Positions 1-10,030 of a stretch of 64,000 nt of DNA are shown in pieces. The position numbers and the translations under genes were made by a program. Origin of the DNA: Planctomycetota bacterium (lineage in GTDB: Bacteria; Planctomycetota; PLA2; JAEUHO01); assembly GCA_965223505.1 (NCBI GenBank), contig CBDCWP010000031.1, forward strand, positions 32,001 to 96,000, in the 5' to 3' direction. Within the stretch, counting starts at the first letter, position 1, and every line of letters starts with the position of its first letter. The notes below the pieces were generated by a model. The model saw only the letters and a program-made list of their open reading frames with translations. It ran no database searches and was not told where the DNA came from.

Positions 1-1098
1 GTTGGCAATCCCCCGGGACCATGCCTGTGCTCCTCCTCCGGCGACGGCATCACGTACCCCGTCGAGCCTCCGATCCTCATCCGGCAGAGCGGCGAAGTCA
101 GCGGTGGCCCATGGCCAGCGTGCTCGCTCGGGTCCCCGAGCGCCTTCGAAGTACACGTGCGGGGTTCCGAGATCGTCGAACAGTGCTGCGACATTCACGA
201 AGTGCACGAGGCCCCTGTCGCCGAGAACCGTCGAATCGTGAGGCGCGACAAAGGTGCTGCTGATCTTGAACTCGTGGACGGAGATCTCCTCATCGGCAAC
301 GGCTACCACCGCACGGTCGGGGGCGCTGACGGCTACATCGAAGCCACCGCGAACGTACTGTCCGTATTCCGCAAACACCTGGGGCTGATGCCAATAGAAC
401 TTGCGGGTTGCCGGATCGAACCACCGAAAGCGAACCCGACGTTCGGCTGCGAGCTGCTCGTCCGGCCGTTGATCCCATACAACCGCCGCCAATCCGGAAC
501 TCGCGAGATCGACGGCGACGCGCACGTCCAGGGTGGCGTTGAGCTCTTGCTCGACGACGTGGACGCGTTCTACGAGGTGCTCCCCCAGGATCAATCGCCC
601 GCCTGCGAACGGACCGCCGTCGGATGCGCCGTCCCACCCGCCGTCGACGTAGTCGTACACGCCGAGAAACTCAACGTGGTCCGAGGGCAAAGAGGACAGG
701 TTGTCTTCGAGCCGGACCACCAACACGCCCGTAACCTCGGTGTCATTCCCGGCCATGACGAGATCCTCTAGCCGAACGATCGAAAGCGGGTCGCTCTCCT
801 CCTTTCGACGGATCGGGCTCTGGTCGATCAGTACGGGCTCCGACCAGGTTTCGAGGTCCCTCCGATAGATCTTGTGCCAGACACTGCTGGTCTTGTCTTC
901 GAAGGTCATCCAGACCGCGTGAAAGTTGCCGTCGCCGTCGGCGGCAACATGAGGCGAGGTAGGGCAGGATGGAAAGAAGTTGAAATTCTCCTCGCTAGGG
1001 GGGGGATCGGGGGGAACCGTACCGCACGCCAGGATCGCCGCGATCCCGAGGACATGGACCGCCGCCAACAGAAGCGATCGAGCTGAGCTGACATGCAT
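1..1098 (-). CDS. Putative lipoprotein (possible beta-propeller), 3' end runs off the window
   Basis: Read by hand; absent from the ORF track because it has no stop in the window. ATG at 1098, open to base 1: MHVSSARSLLLAAVHVLGIAAILA-CGTVPPDPPP...PHVAADGDGNFHAVW. Lipobox-like ILAC; starts 2 nt after the stop of the upstream gene. Confidence 0.7.
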   Translation of the reverse strand, partial: MHVSSARSLLLAAVHVLGIAAILACGTVPPDPPPSEENFNFFPSCPTSPHVAADGDGNFHAVWMTFEDKTSSVWHKIYRRDLETWSEPVLIDQSPIRRKEESDPLSIVRLEDLVMAGNDTEVTGVLVVRLEDNLSSLPSDHVEFLGVYDYVDGGWDGASDGGPFAGGRLILGEHLVERVHVVEQELNATLDVRVAVDLASSGLAAVVWDQRPDEQLAAERRVRFRWFDPATRKFYWHQPQVFAEYGQYVRGGFDVAVSAPDRAVVAVADEEISVHEFKISSTFVAPHDSTVLGDRGLVHFVNVAALFDDLGTPHVYFEGARGPERARWPWATADFAALPDEDRRLDGVRDAVAGGGAQAWSRGIAN

Positions 1099-1100
1099 CG

Positions 1101-1613
1101 TCATGGAGATCTCCGAATCACGAACCATGCGACGGCGGCGCCCAGGCACGCCGCGATCGCGTCGAGGGCATCGAACGAACCCCGCTCGAAGAAGGCCGCC
1201 CAGAAGCCGGGCGACGTGCCTGGCGTCGCTCTTGCGACCGGCACGGTTTCCCGCAGCTGACCGAGCTCGAAGCCGACCTCGATGAGCAGCCAGATGCCGC
1301 AGAGGACGAGCGCGCCTCGCGGCGCCGGCTGCGCCACGGCCACCGACATCAGGCAGAACGCCAGCGTGTGGAAGAACGTCGGCATCGGACCCAGCAGCGC
1401 CGCGACCTGCGCACAGGGCCGCACATCGAGGTCGAACGCTTCGGGCAAGAGCGCCAGGCTCCCCGCCGGACGACCCACTGCGTAGACGAGCACGCCGGCG
1501 ATTAGCGTCGCCAAACCCCATGCGAACAGCCGCCAATCGACCAACTCGCCGAGGGCGCCCCGCGGGCGCAGCGGGCGCTTCTCCGCCCGCAACGGATTGC
1601 CTACACTGGACAC
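1101..1613 (-). CDS. Hypothetical integral membrane protein
   Basis: 170-aa ORF with about 4 hydrophobic segments and a GSFDALD motif; start uncertain. Confidence 0.6.
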   Translation of the reverse strand: MSSVGNPLRAEKRPLRPRGALGELVDWRLFAWGLATLIAGVLVYAVGRPAGSLALLPEAFDLDVRPCAQVAALLGPMPTFFHTLAFCLMSVAVAQPAPRGALVLCGIWLLIEVGFELGQLRETVPVARATPGTSPGFWAAFFERGSFDALDAIAACLGAAVAWFVIRRSP

Positions 1614-1630
1614 ACTGTCGAGTACGCAAA

Positions 1631-2224
1631 GTGAACGTCGAACGTGCCAACCTGCCGGAGATCGACCCCGCCCCAGGTGAGGTTACGGAAATCCTCGCCG
1701 CCGCTCGGCGCGGCGAGGCCGGCGCGAGCGACCAGCTCTACGAGGCGGTCTACGCGAAGCTGCGCCGCATGGCCAGGGGGATCATGCGGGGGCATCGCGC
1801 CGGCCCGACGATGCAGCCGACGGCATTGGTGCACGAGGCCTACTTGCGCCTGATGGGAACGGATGCGAACGGCTGGCAGGACCGCCGACACTTCTTCGGA
1901 TGCGCCGCGAGTGCCATGCGTTCGATTCTCGTGGACGCCGCGCGTGCCCGCGGCGCGCTCAAGCGCGGCGGTGATCGAGGCCGCATCGCATTGCGGGACG
2001 ACCTCGACAACGAGGTCTACGATCCCGACACGATCCTCTCGATTCACGAAGCACTCGAGAAACTCGACGTCCACGAGTCCGACGCGGCGCGTATCGTCGA
2101 GCTGCGGTTCTTCGCCGGGTTGGGCATCGATGAGACGGCCGAGGTGCTCGGCGTGTCCCGGCGAACCGCCTACCGCCGCTGGGACTACGCCCGGCTCTGG
2201 CTCTATCGCGAGATCGCCGTTTGA
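1631..2224 (+). CDS. ECF sigma factor, TIGR02999-type (kinase-associated)
   Basis: EVTEIL...LYEAVYAKLRRMA...TMQPTALVHEAYLRL...WQDRRHFF...IVELRFFAGL...W.YARLWL. GTG start at 1631 chosen within ORF 1520..2224. Confidence 0.9.
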   Translation: MNVERANLPEIDPAPGEVTEILAAARRGEAGASDQLYEAVYAKLRRMARGIMRGHRAGPTMQPTALVHEAYLRLMGTDANGWQDRRHFFGCAASAMRSILVDAARARGALKRGGDRGRIALRDDLDNEVYDPDTILSIHEALEKLDVHESDAARIVELRFFAGLGIDETAEVLGVSRRTAYRRWDYARLWLYREIAV

Positions 2225-5200
2225 GCGGCGCGCCGTCCCGGCGCGTGTACGACCTACTCGCGGAGGCCCGCGCGAAGGACGGTCCCGCGCGCGACGCGTT
2301 CCTCGACGACGTGTGCGCAGGGAACGACGCGTTGCGAACCGAGATCGACGCACTGCTCGCCGTCGCCGAAGAGACCGGTCACCGTTTCCTCGAACGTCCG
2401 GCGATGGAGAGCCTCCAGGCATGGGAGGAAGAAAAGCCGCCCTTGGAGCCCGGCGCGCGCGTCGGGCCGTACCAGATCGAGCGCCTGCTGGGGCACGGCG
2501 GCGACGGTGTGGTCTACCAAGCACGCCAGAGACGGCCGCGCCGTCGGGTCGCGCTCAAGATCCCGCGCGCTCGGTTGGTCTCGGAGTCGACGCTTAGGCG
2601 CTTCGAAGCCGAGACCGATCACCTCGGCCGACTGCACCATCCCGGTATCGCCCAGATCTACGACGTGGGCGTGCACGAGGGCGAGGCGTACTTCGCGCTG
2701 GAGCTGATCGAAGACGCGCGCACGATCACGGCGTACGTCGAAGAACGCGACGCACCCGTTGCGGAGCGGATCGAGCTCGTGGCGCAGGTGTGTGACGCAC
2801 TTCAGCACGCCCACGAACGAGGTCTGCTGCATCGGGACATCAAGCCCGCCAACGTGTTGGTCACGCCAGAGGGTCGCCCGAAAGTCGTCGACTTCGGCAT
2901 CGCGGTCGTCCAGGACCTCGAGGACGAACCGGAGGCGGCGGCCGGAACGCGTCCCTACATGAGTCCGGAGCAGCTCAATCCGTCGCTCGACGTGCGCACC
3001 GACGTGTTCGGACTCGGCGTGTTGCTCTACGAAGTGCTCACGGGGCGGCTCCCGCCTCGCGAAGGGATGGGAACCGATCGAAACCCGGCGTTGGATGCGC
3101 TGCCGCGCCGCTGGCGGGGCGACCTGAGCGCCATCGTCGGCAAGGCGCTCCGTCGCGATCGCGAGCGCCGGTACGCGAGCGCCGCCGACCTGGCCGCAGA
3201 TCTCCGGCGTTGCGTTCGGTCGGAGCCGGTCATGGCCCGTGATAACGGGATCGCATCTCGCGTGGTTTGTGCCGTGCGAAGGTACCGGACCGCGTGTGTC
3301 GCCGGGAGCGTCGTTCTGCTCGCGGTGTTGGCGGCGACGGCGTATGGCCTGGTTGCTGCCGCCCGGATCGACGACTTCCATCGCGTCAGGCAGCGGGTAC
3401 GGAGCGAAGCGCGCTGGGTCGCATACCGCACGGCAATCGCGACGGCGCAAGCTGCACTTCTCAACCACCGCCGCGGCGACGCCGTGTGCGCGTTGGAGAG
3501 TGCCCCTACGGAGCACCGTTCTTGGGAATGGCGGTACCTTTGGCGCAAGGCGGGACAGCACACGCGCGTGTTGCGACCCGAGGGCTACACGCTGAGAGCA
3601 GGTGTCGTCAGCGACAGCGGTCGTCTAGCGGCTGCGGAGGCTCGTGGTTCGTCGGCGAACACGGTGCGCATTGCCATCTACGACCTCGAGTCGGCGTCAC
3701 TTCTGCACTTGATTCCGACGAAGGGGAAGGTCACGGCGCTCGTGTTCAGTCCAGACGAGACGGTTGTCTGGAGCGGCGACCGCAGTGGATGGCTGCAGGC
3801 GCACCGGGTCGAGAGCGGAAAACTCGTTGCCCGACGGCAGCTTCACCAGGACTCACTCAACGACATCGAAGTCGATTCGATCTCGGGCCGCATCCTTACG
3901 GCATCGAGCGACGGCACGATTGGCGTCTGGAGCCTCGATGCACTCGCCCCCCTGGGGCACCTGTCACGCGGAACGGATCGCGTCATCTGCTTGGACATGG
4001 CGCCAGACGGTCGCCTTGCAGCGGGGAGCCGTGACGGCGTGATCGACATTTGGGACCTCGAAGCGCGCGAGGTCGTCAAACGGTTGGAGGGGCATACCAG
4101 CAGCGTCGAGTCGGTTGCGTGGAGTCCCGACGGGCGGCGGCTCTCGAGCGGGTCGAGGGATAAGACGGTGCGCCTATGGGACGCAGAGACGGGAGCGGGA
4201 CTCTCCGTTCGGGATGATCACGGAGCAACGGTGCGCGTCGTTGCGTTTTCCCCCGACGGCGAGACGTTCGCCAGTGGCGGCTGGGATCGGACGATTCGTT
4301 TCTGGCGGACGAGCGACGGCCGCCTGATCGAGACTCATTCGGACTACCACACTCTCTTGATCAGCATGGCCTTTCTCGACTCCCAGGAGCTGCTGTCTTT
4401 CAACGGGGGGATGCGGCGGATCCGCGCTCCGCGAGCAGTGGACCCCTACAGCGCGCATGAAGACCTGGCCAGCCACCTCACATGGAGCCCGGATGGCCGA
4501 TTTCTGGCGACGGCCGCCATCGACGGCAGCGTCGCGATCTGGGACGTCGCAGCGGACGAGCGGGTCGCCGTCGTCGGCGGCGACCATCGCTGTGTGGGCC
4601 TGGGATTCAACACCCGGGGTGTCCTTCGTCTTGCACAAGACAGCTTCGTTCTCGAGTTCGATGGGACGATGAGAAAGCAGGGACAGCTTGACCCTTCGAA
4701 TCCGGGGGCGGCCTGGTTCGGCTCGGACACGATCGTTGCGTCGTACTATGCGGGCTTGGTCCGCACGTTCGACGCGGTCACACTCGAACGGCGGAGAACT
4801 TGGGTGCTACCGGGAACCAGGGCGCGAGTTCTCACCGTCGCGCCGGAGACGGATATCGTCGCGACCGGCCACGACGACGGAACCGTCTTTGTTTGGCGCC
4901 TCACGACAGGCGCGCGCTTGGCGCGATTCAACACGACCGGGTGGCGGGTATACGGACTCTCCATCTCCAGGGACGGTCGCTTGCTCGCAAGCGCATCTCG
5001 TGACGGCTGCTCTCTATTCAACGTTGGAGAGCTGAACGTGAGCCACGTCTTGGGGCGCAAGACGGACGGCTGGCAACACGACGTCGCGTTCAGCGGAGAC
5101 AGCCGAAGGATCGCCTCGGCCGGGGGCGATGGGATGATTCGCATCTGGGACGTCGCGACCGGCGACCTGGTCTTGGCGATTCGCGGTCACGTCGAGTACG

Positions 5201-5331
5201 GCATCCGTCAGCTCGAGTTTTCCCCCGACGGCAACACGCTGGCCTACGTCTGTGGATACAACGAGGTGAAGCAGCTCGTTCGATTCCTGCGGGCCGTGCC
5301 CGAGAGCGAGGCGGACGGGGCGGCAAAGTAG
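2221..5331 (+). CDS. Ser/Thr protein kinase with C-terminal WD40 repeats
   Basis: GHGGDGVVY, VALK, HRDIKPAN, DFG, GTRPYMSPEQ; a hydrophobic helix; then many GH...WD repeats. Overlaps the sigma-factor stop. Confidence 0.93.
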   Translation: MSGAPSRRVYDLLAEARAKDGPARDAFLDDVCAGNDALRTEIDALLAVAEETGHRFLERPAMESLQAWEEEKPPLEPGARVGPYQIERLLGHGGDGVVYQARQRRPRRRVALKIPRARLVSESTLRRFEAETDHLGRLHHPGIAQIYDVGVHEGEAYFALELIEDARTITAYVEERDAPVAERIELVAQVCDALQHAHERGLLHRDIKPANVLVTPEGRPKVVDFGIAVVQDLEDEPEAAAGTRPYMSPEQLNPSLDVRTDVFGLGVLLYEVLTGRLPPREGMGTDRNPALDALPRRWRGDLSAIVGKALRRDRERRYASAADLAADLRRCVRSEPVMARDNGIASRVVCAVRRYRTACVAGSVVLLAVLAATAYGLVAAARIDDFHRVRQRVRSEARWVAYRTAIATAQAALLNHRRGDAVCALESAPTEHRSWEWRYLWRKAGQHTRVLRPEGYTLRAGVVSDSGRLAAAEARGSSANTVRIAIYDLESASLLHLIPTKGKVTALVFSPDETVVWSGDRSGWLQAHRVESGKLVARRQLHQDSLNDIEVDSISGRILTASSDGTIGVWSLDALAPLGHLSRGTDRVICLDMAPDGRLAAGSRDGVIDIWDLEAREVVKRLEGHTSSVESVAWSPDGRRLSSGSRDKTVRLWDAETGAGLSVRDDHGATVRVVAFSPDGETFASGGWDRTIRFWRTSDGRLIETHSDYHTLLISMAFLDSQELLSFNGGMRRIRAPRAVDPYSAHEDLASHLTWSPDGRFLATAAIDGSVAIWDVAADERVAVVGGDHRCVGLGFNTRGVLRLAQDSFVLEFDGTMRKQGQLDPSNPGAAWFGSDTIVASYYAGLVRTFDAVTLERRRTWVLPGTRARVLTVAPETDIVATGHDDGTVFVWRLTTGARLARFNTTGWRVYGLSISRDGRLLASASRDGCSLFNVGELNVSHVLGRKTDGWQHDVAFSGDSRRIASAGGDGMIRIWDVATGDLVLAIRGHVEYGIRQLEFSPDGNTLAYVCGYNEVKQLVRFLRAVPESEADGAAK

Positions 5332-5346
5332 TGCCCCCGAGACCGC

Positions 5347-5919
5347 CTACAGATGCTTGACGTAGGTCTTGAAGGCCGCGTCGTGCGTGCCGGCGCTCCA
5401 GGTGTTCACCATCGCCATCGGATTGCGAGAGAAGGCATTGCCGCCCGGATACGGGTCGGCCTCGGTCGGCCAGTCGTAGGCCGGTGCCGCCGGCGAGCCG
5501 GGCGCGCGCAGGCAGATGGCCAGCACCTGACCGGCCGTGACCTGGATGCCGAACGCCTCCAGATCGAAGCTCGTGAACGTCCCGCTCGTCGTCGGCAGCG
5601 TTCCCGTGGGAACGCTGATCGACGCGAGAACGTTGTTGTCGTCTTCGAGCGGGACGCCGGCCACCGTCTCCCGTACGTCGATGATCAGCGGCGTCTGGGC
5701 GTTCACCTCGTGCACCATGAGCTCGATCCGGCTGAGCAACCCCGTGATGCCGACCGTGAAGGTCGTGGCCTTGTCCACGGTGTCGTTGACGCCGCTCGAC
5801 GACGGACTCGTCACGCCGGCATCCTGATCCAACGACTCGGTCACGAGCGCGAACGGATCCGTGCGGCCTCCACATCCGCACAACAACAACACGAGGCCGG
5901 CGAGTACGACATGTCGCAT
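5347..5919 (-). CDS. Hypothetical lipoprotein (beta-sandwich, choice-of-anchor-like domain)
   Basis: MRHVVLAGLVLLLCG-C lipobox; GGAGG SD upstream of ATG 5919. Confidence 0.65.
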   Translation of the reverse strand: MRHVVLAGLVLLLCGCGGRTDPFALVTESLDQDAGVTSPSSSGVNDTVDKATTFTVGITGLLSRIELMVHEVNAQTPLIIDVRETVAGVPLEDDNNVLASISVPTGTLPTTSGTFTSFDLEAFGIQVTAGQVLAICLRAPGSPAAPAYDWPTEADPYPGGNAFSRNPMAMVNTWSAGTHDAAFKTYVKHL

Positions 5920-5955
5920 GGGCGCCTCCAGTCGAAGGCACTGTAGCAAATCGAC

Positions 5956-6801
5956 CTATTGCGCCGCCACACGCTCCAAGACCGCGCGGATGGCCGGACG
6001 CTTCTCGCGCCCAAGCCGCTCGCGGGCGTACACAGCGGCGTTCGCCGGGGCCAGCCTCTCGAGTCCCTCGGCCGCCGCCAGGCGCGTGTCGTCGTCGCCG
6101 TGCTCGATGCCGCCGATGAGGCGGGCGGCCGTACCCTCCGCCGGCGCACGCGCGATGAATCGATAGGTGTCGGTCCAGACCACGCGGGTCGCCGCCTCGC
6201 GCTCGTTCGCGAAGTCCTGCAGCATCGTCGACAGCTGTTCCGACGCGAAGTCGAGCCCGCCGAACAGCCGCGAGACCGGCATGTCGCTGAAGGCCATCTT
6301 CAACACCAACCGGTGGAAGTCCTTCTGCTTGAAGCCCGCGTCCGGGCCGCCGTCGGCGACGGCGCGCGCGACGACGTTGCTGTCCAGGCAACACGCCTCG
6401 ACGTGCGCCGAGATGTTCGTGCGTTGCGCCTCACCGAGCAGCGCGACGGTCGCGTCCGTGATCGGGCGCAACGCCAAGCTTCGCATGACGATCGTGCGCT
6501 CCTCCGTATCGCCGTGCCGGTACCAGTCCACGAGCGTGTCCTCGTCCGGCTTGGCGATGTCGATGATCACCGCGCCGGCGACGTCGCACGCCCGCCACAC
6601 GCCGAGGTCGACGATCCGGCCGTGCTCCTCCAGTCGATCGCCGCCGATGGGATCGCGGCCGAGCTTGCGCGGGAGCTGGGGGAGCAGCACCGGTGCGTGA
6701 TCCGGTCCCCTCTCGTCGAGTGTCGCGAGGGCGCTCTGCCACCAGGCGCGTGCGTCGTCGTCCAGCGCCGCGTCGAGGCGTGCCGCGAGATCCGCCATCA
6801 C
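5956..6801 (-). CDS. eboA: EboA-domain protein with C-terminal HEAT-like repeat
   Basis: WYRHGDTEERTIVMRSL, EAQRTN, LVLKMAF, LSTMLQDFANEREAATR match the EboA pattern; coupled to a TatD/EboB-like gene. Confidence 0.75.
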   Translation of the reverse strand: MMADLAARLDAALDDDARAWWQSALATLDERGPDHAPVLLPQLPRKLGRDPIGGDRLEEHGRIVDLGVWRACDVAGAVIIDIAKPDEDTLVDWYRHGDTEERTIVMRSLALRPITDATVALLGEAQRTNISAHVEACCLDSNVVARAVADGGPDAGFKQKDFHRLVLKMAFSDMPVSRLFGGLDFASEQLSTMLQDFANEREAATRVVWTDTYRFIARAPAEGTAARLIGGIEHGDDDTRLAAAEGLERLAPANAAVYARERLGREKRPAIRAVLERVAAQ

Positions 6802-7679
6802 ATGGCGTCCGGGTCTTGGCCGCGAAGCGGCGAGTTGCCTTCGAACGTCTCGCGCAGGTTGGCACTGGCGGGATGCTCGAGCGCCTCGACGACGAGCTTG
6901 CCGCTCTGGGCGAAGAACTCGACCGGGTTGGCCCAGACGAGCCTTTCGATGTCGGCCTCGGGATAGCGAGCCTGCTGCAGCTTGAGCACGGTCTTCGGAA
7001 CCATCAGCGGGTCGCTGACGCCCCAGTCCGTCGCGCTGTTGATGATCATGCGCTCGACGCCGTACTCGAGCACGATCTTGACCATCCGGTTCACGTCCAT
7101 CTTCGTGTTCGGGTAGATCGAAAAGCCCGAGTAGCAGCCGAGGTCGCGGGTGATCTTGATCGTCTGCTCGTTGCCGTGGTCGAGCAGCACGCGCTCCATC
7201 GGGATGCCGCTGTCCTTCACGATGTCGATGCAGCGCTCGAAGCCCTTTTCCTTGTCACGGTGGGGTGTGTGGATCAGGACGGGAAGATCGTGCTCCATCG
7301 CCAGCTCGATCTGCGCGAGAAAGAACTTCTCTTCCTTCTTCGTCTGGTCGTCGAGGCCGATCTCGCCGACGCCGAGCACGCTGTCCTTCACCACGTACCG
7401 CGGCAGCACGTCGAGCACGTCCTGGTTCACGCGGTCGTCGTTGGCTTCGCGCGGGTTGAGCGCCATCGTGCAGAAGTGATGGATGCCGAACTGCTCCGAG
7501 CGGAAGCGCTCCCAGCCGAGCAGAGTGTCGAAGTAGTCGATGAACGTGCCAACCGACGTGCGGTTCTGGCCGAGCCAGAAGGCCGGCTCGAGAATGGCCC
7601 GGACGCCGCAGAGCGCCATGCGCTCGTAGTCGTCGGTCACCCGGCTGAACATGTGGGCGTGCGGTTCGAAGATTCTCAT
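6798..7679 (-). CDS. TatD-family hydrolase (EboB-like)
   Basis: PHAHMFSRVTDDYE, EPAFWLGQ.RT, GVGEIG, IHTPHRDK, DH, NSATDWGVSDPL; ATG at 7679. Confidence 0.88.
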   Translation of the reverse strand: MRIFEPHAHMFSRVTDDYERMALCGVRAILEPAFWLGQNRTSVGTFIDYFDTLLGWERFRSEQFGIHHFCTMALNPREANDDRVNQDVLDVLPRYVVKDSVLGVGEIGLDDQTKKEEKFFLAQIELAMEHDLPVLIHTPHRDKEKGFERCIDIVKDSGIPMERVLLDHGNEQTIKITRDLGCYSGFSIYPNTKMDVNRMVKIVLEYGVERMIINSATDWGVSDPLMVPKTVLKLQQARYPEADIERLVWANPVEFFAQSGKLVVEALEHPASANLRETFEGNSPLRGQDPDAM

Positions 7680-7841
7680 GGGTGAGTGGTCGGACGCTCC
7701 TCGTGACTCGTCGGCAAACCGGCTCCAGATCGTATTCCAGGAAACGATCCTGACGAGTCTGGGTTCATCGTGGGGCGCTCCGAGGGCCCGGCATCGCGCG
7801 GAATGTTCCAGCCTGCGTGCTGGTGCGCTACCTTGCGGCAC

Positions 7842-10016
7842 ATGTCCGCCGAAAAACCGTCATCGCCGCCCGAGCAGCGCGAGGTCCGTCTCGAGAAGAT
7901 CGAGCACCTCGAGCGCGCCGGGGTCTCGCCCTATGCCGAGCGCTTCGACCGCACGCACGCCCTGGCGCAGGCGCGGGAGTTGGCCGAGGCCCAGGAGAAC
8001 GCAGAGCCCGACACGGGCGGCATCGTGCGCGTCGCGGGCCGCGTGATGACGCTGCGTCGCTTCGGCAAGCTGCAGTTCCTGCACCTGCAGGACGGCTCCG
8101 GCCAATGCCAGATCGCGCTGGACGAACGGACCGTCGGCGCGGAGTCGATGGACCTCTTCCGGCGCTGCGTGGACATGGGCGATCACATCGGTGTCGAAGG
8201 ACGCACCGGCCGCACCAAGAAGAACGAGCCCACGGTCTGGGGGGAGAGCTGGACCTTCTTGAGCAAGGCCTTGCGGCCGCTGCCGGAGAAGTGGGCCGGG
8301 CTCTCGAACGTCGAGGCGCGCCAACGCGAGCGTTACCTCGATCTCATCTCGAACCCCGAGACGCGCGAGCGCTTCCGCTTTCGCACGCGCTTCCTGCGCG
8401 AGATGCGCCGCTACCTCGACGAGCACGGGTTCGAAGAGGTCGATACGCCGGTGCTACAGACCAAGGTGTCCGGCGCGTTGGCCAAGCCGTTCCACACGCA
8501 CCACAACGCGATGGACATGCCGTGCGTGCTGCGCATTGCGCCCGAGACGTGGCTCAAGCAGTGCGTCGCCGGCGGCATCGACCGCGTCTACGAGGTCGCG
8601 CGTTGCTTCCGCAACGAGGGCATGGATCCGTCGCATTTACAGGACTTCACGATGGTGGAGTACTACGCGGCGTACTGGAACTACGAAGACAACATGAACT
8701 TCACCGAGGCGTTGATCCTGCATCTGCTGGACACGCTTCTGGGGACGCGCATCGTCGAGTGGGAAGACAAGCGGATCGACTTCTCTCCCCCGTGGCCGCG
8801 GGTCTCGTTCCGCGAGCTGATCCAACGCGACGCGGGGCTCGACTACGAGGATCATCCGGACGCCGACAGCCTGCGGGCGGCGATTCGCGAGAAGGGCATC
8901 GATCTCGAGCGCGACGACCTCGAAAACGTCGGCCGCGGCACGCTGATCGACCTGCTCTACAAGAAGGTGAGCCGGCCGAAGCTGATCAACCCGACCTTCC
9001 TCGTCGGGCATCCGATCGACCTCTCCCCGTTGGCGCGGCGCAACGACGAGAATCCCGGCATCACCGATCGCTTCCAGCTCGTGGTGAACACCTGGGAGGT
9101 CGTCAACGCGTACTCCGAGCTCGTCGATCCGGTGGACCAGCGCGGCCGCTTCGAGAGCCAGGCGGCGGCGAAGGCCGCGGGCGACGAAGAGGCGCTCGAG
9201 GTGGACGAAGAGTACCTGCGCGCCATGGAGCACGGCATGCCGCCCATGTCCGGGTGGGGGATGGGCGTCGAGCGCTTCCTCGCGCTGCTCACGGGCCAGG
9301 ACAACCTGCGCGACGTGGTGCTGTTCCCGTTGCTCAAGCCGAAGAAGGATGGCGAGGTCGAGGACGCCCCCGTAGAGACCGGCGCGGACGGTGCGACCGA
9401 CGAGGACATGCGGCCCGAGCACCGCAAGCTGCTCGGCTACCCCGCGGACGACGTCGACGACATCGGCATCACGATGGACCGCGCGCGCGAGCTGTTCGAC
9501 GAGTGGGTCAAGACGCCGAGCCTGCGCCGCCAAATGGAGCAGTCGGAGGTCGTGATGGCGGCGCTCGCGCGCAAGCTCGGCAAGAACGAGGACGCGTGGC
9601 GTGTGCTCGGACTCCTGCACAATCTCGACTTCGACCAGGTGAAGGAGCCGGAGCGTCACTGTCTGGTGTCGGCGGAGGTCTTCGAGAAGGAAGGCATGCA
9701 TCCGGCCGGCATCCACGCGATCGCGGCGCACAACGACAAGGGCCTGCACGCCACCGGCATCCGGTGCATCTCGGTCATGGATCACGCCGTGTCGGCGGCG
9801 GAGGCGGTCGTGGGGTTGATCCACGCGTCGAGCCAGGTGTTGCCGAGCAAGGACGTGAAGGACCTGAAGGTCAAGAGCGTCAAGAAGCGCTTCAAGAACG
9901 CGAAGTTCGCCGCCAACGTCGAGCGCGACCTGATCGCGCGCTGCGAGGGCGCCGGCGTTGCCCTGGACGACTTCCTCACGCTCGCCGTCGAGGCCCTGCA
10001 GGGCGAGCGCGCGTAG
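7842..10016 (+). CDS. lysS: Lysine--tRNA ligase (class II) fused to a C-terminal degenerate HD/HDIG domain
   Basis: OB-fold (RVAGRVMTLRRFGK), KALRPLPEKW, RYLDL, FRNEG, RFQL, NAYSEL.DP, HGMPP..GWGMGVER, LRDVVLFP; then a ~180-aa HDIG-like tail ending SVKKRFKNAKFAANVERD. Confidence 0.95.
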   Translation: MSAEKPSSPPEQREVRLEKIEHLERAGVSPYAERFDRTHALAQARELAEAQENAEPDTGGIVRVAGRVMTLRRFGKLQFLHLQDGSGQCQIALDERTVGAESMDLFRRCVDMGDHIGVEGRTGRTKKNEPTVWGESWTFLSKALRPLPEKWAGLSNVEARQRERYLDLISNPETRERFRFRTRFLREMRRYLDEHGFEEVDTPVLQTKVSGALAKPFHTHHNAMDMPCVLRIAPETWLKQCVAGGIDRVYEVARCFRNEGMDPSHLQDFTMVEYYAAYWNYEDNMNFTEALILHLLDTLLGTRIVEWEDKRIDFSPPWPRVSFRELIQRDAGLDYEDHPDADSLRAAIREKGIDLERDDLENVGRGTLIDLLYKKVSRPKLINPTFLVGHPIDLSPLARRNDENPGITDRFQLVVNTWEVVNAYSELVDPVDQRGRFESQAAAKAAGDEEALEVDEEYLRAMEHGMPPMSGWGMGVERFLALLTGQDNLRDVVLFPLLKPKKDGEVEDAPVETGADGATDEDMRPEHRKLLGYPADDVDDIGITMDRARELFDEWVKTPSLRRQMEQSEVVMAALARKLGKNEDAWRVLGLLHNLDFDQVKEPERHCLVSAEVFEKEGMHPAGIHAIAAHNDKGLHATGIRCISVMDHAVSAAEAVVGLIHASSQVLPSKDVKDLKVKSVKKRFKNAKFAANVERDLIARCEGAGVALDDFLTLAVEALQGERA

Positions 10017-10030
10017 CGGGCCGTTTTCGT

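Noticed and set aside
157..771. 204-aa plus-strand ORF
   Set aside because: Antisense shadow of the minus-strand lipoprotein 1..1098.
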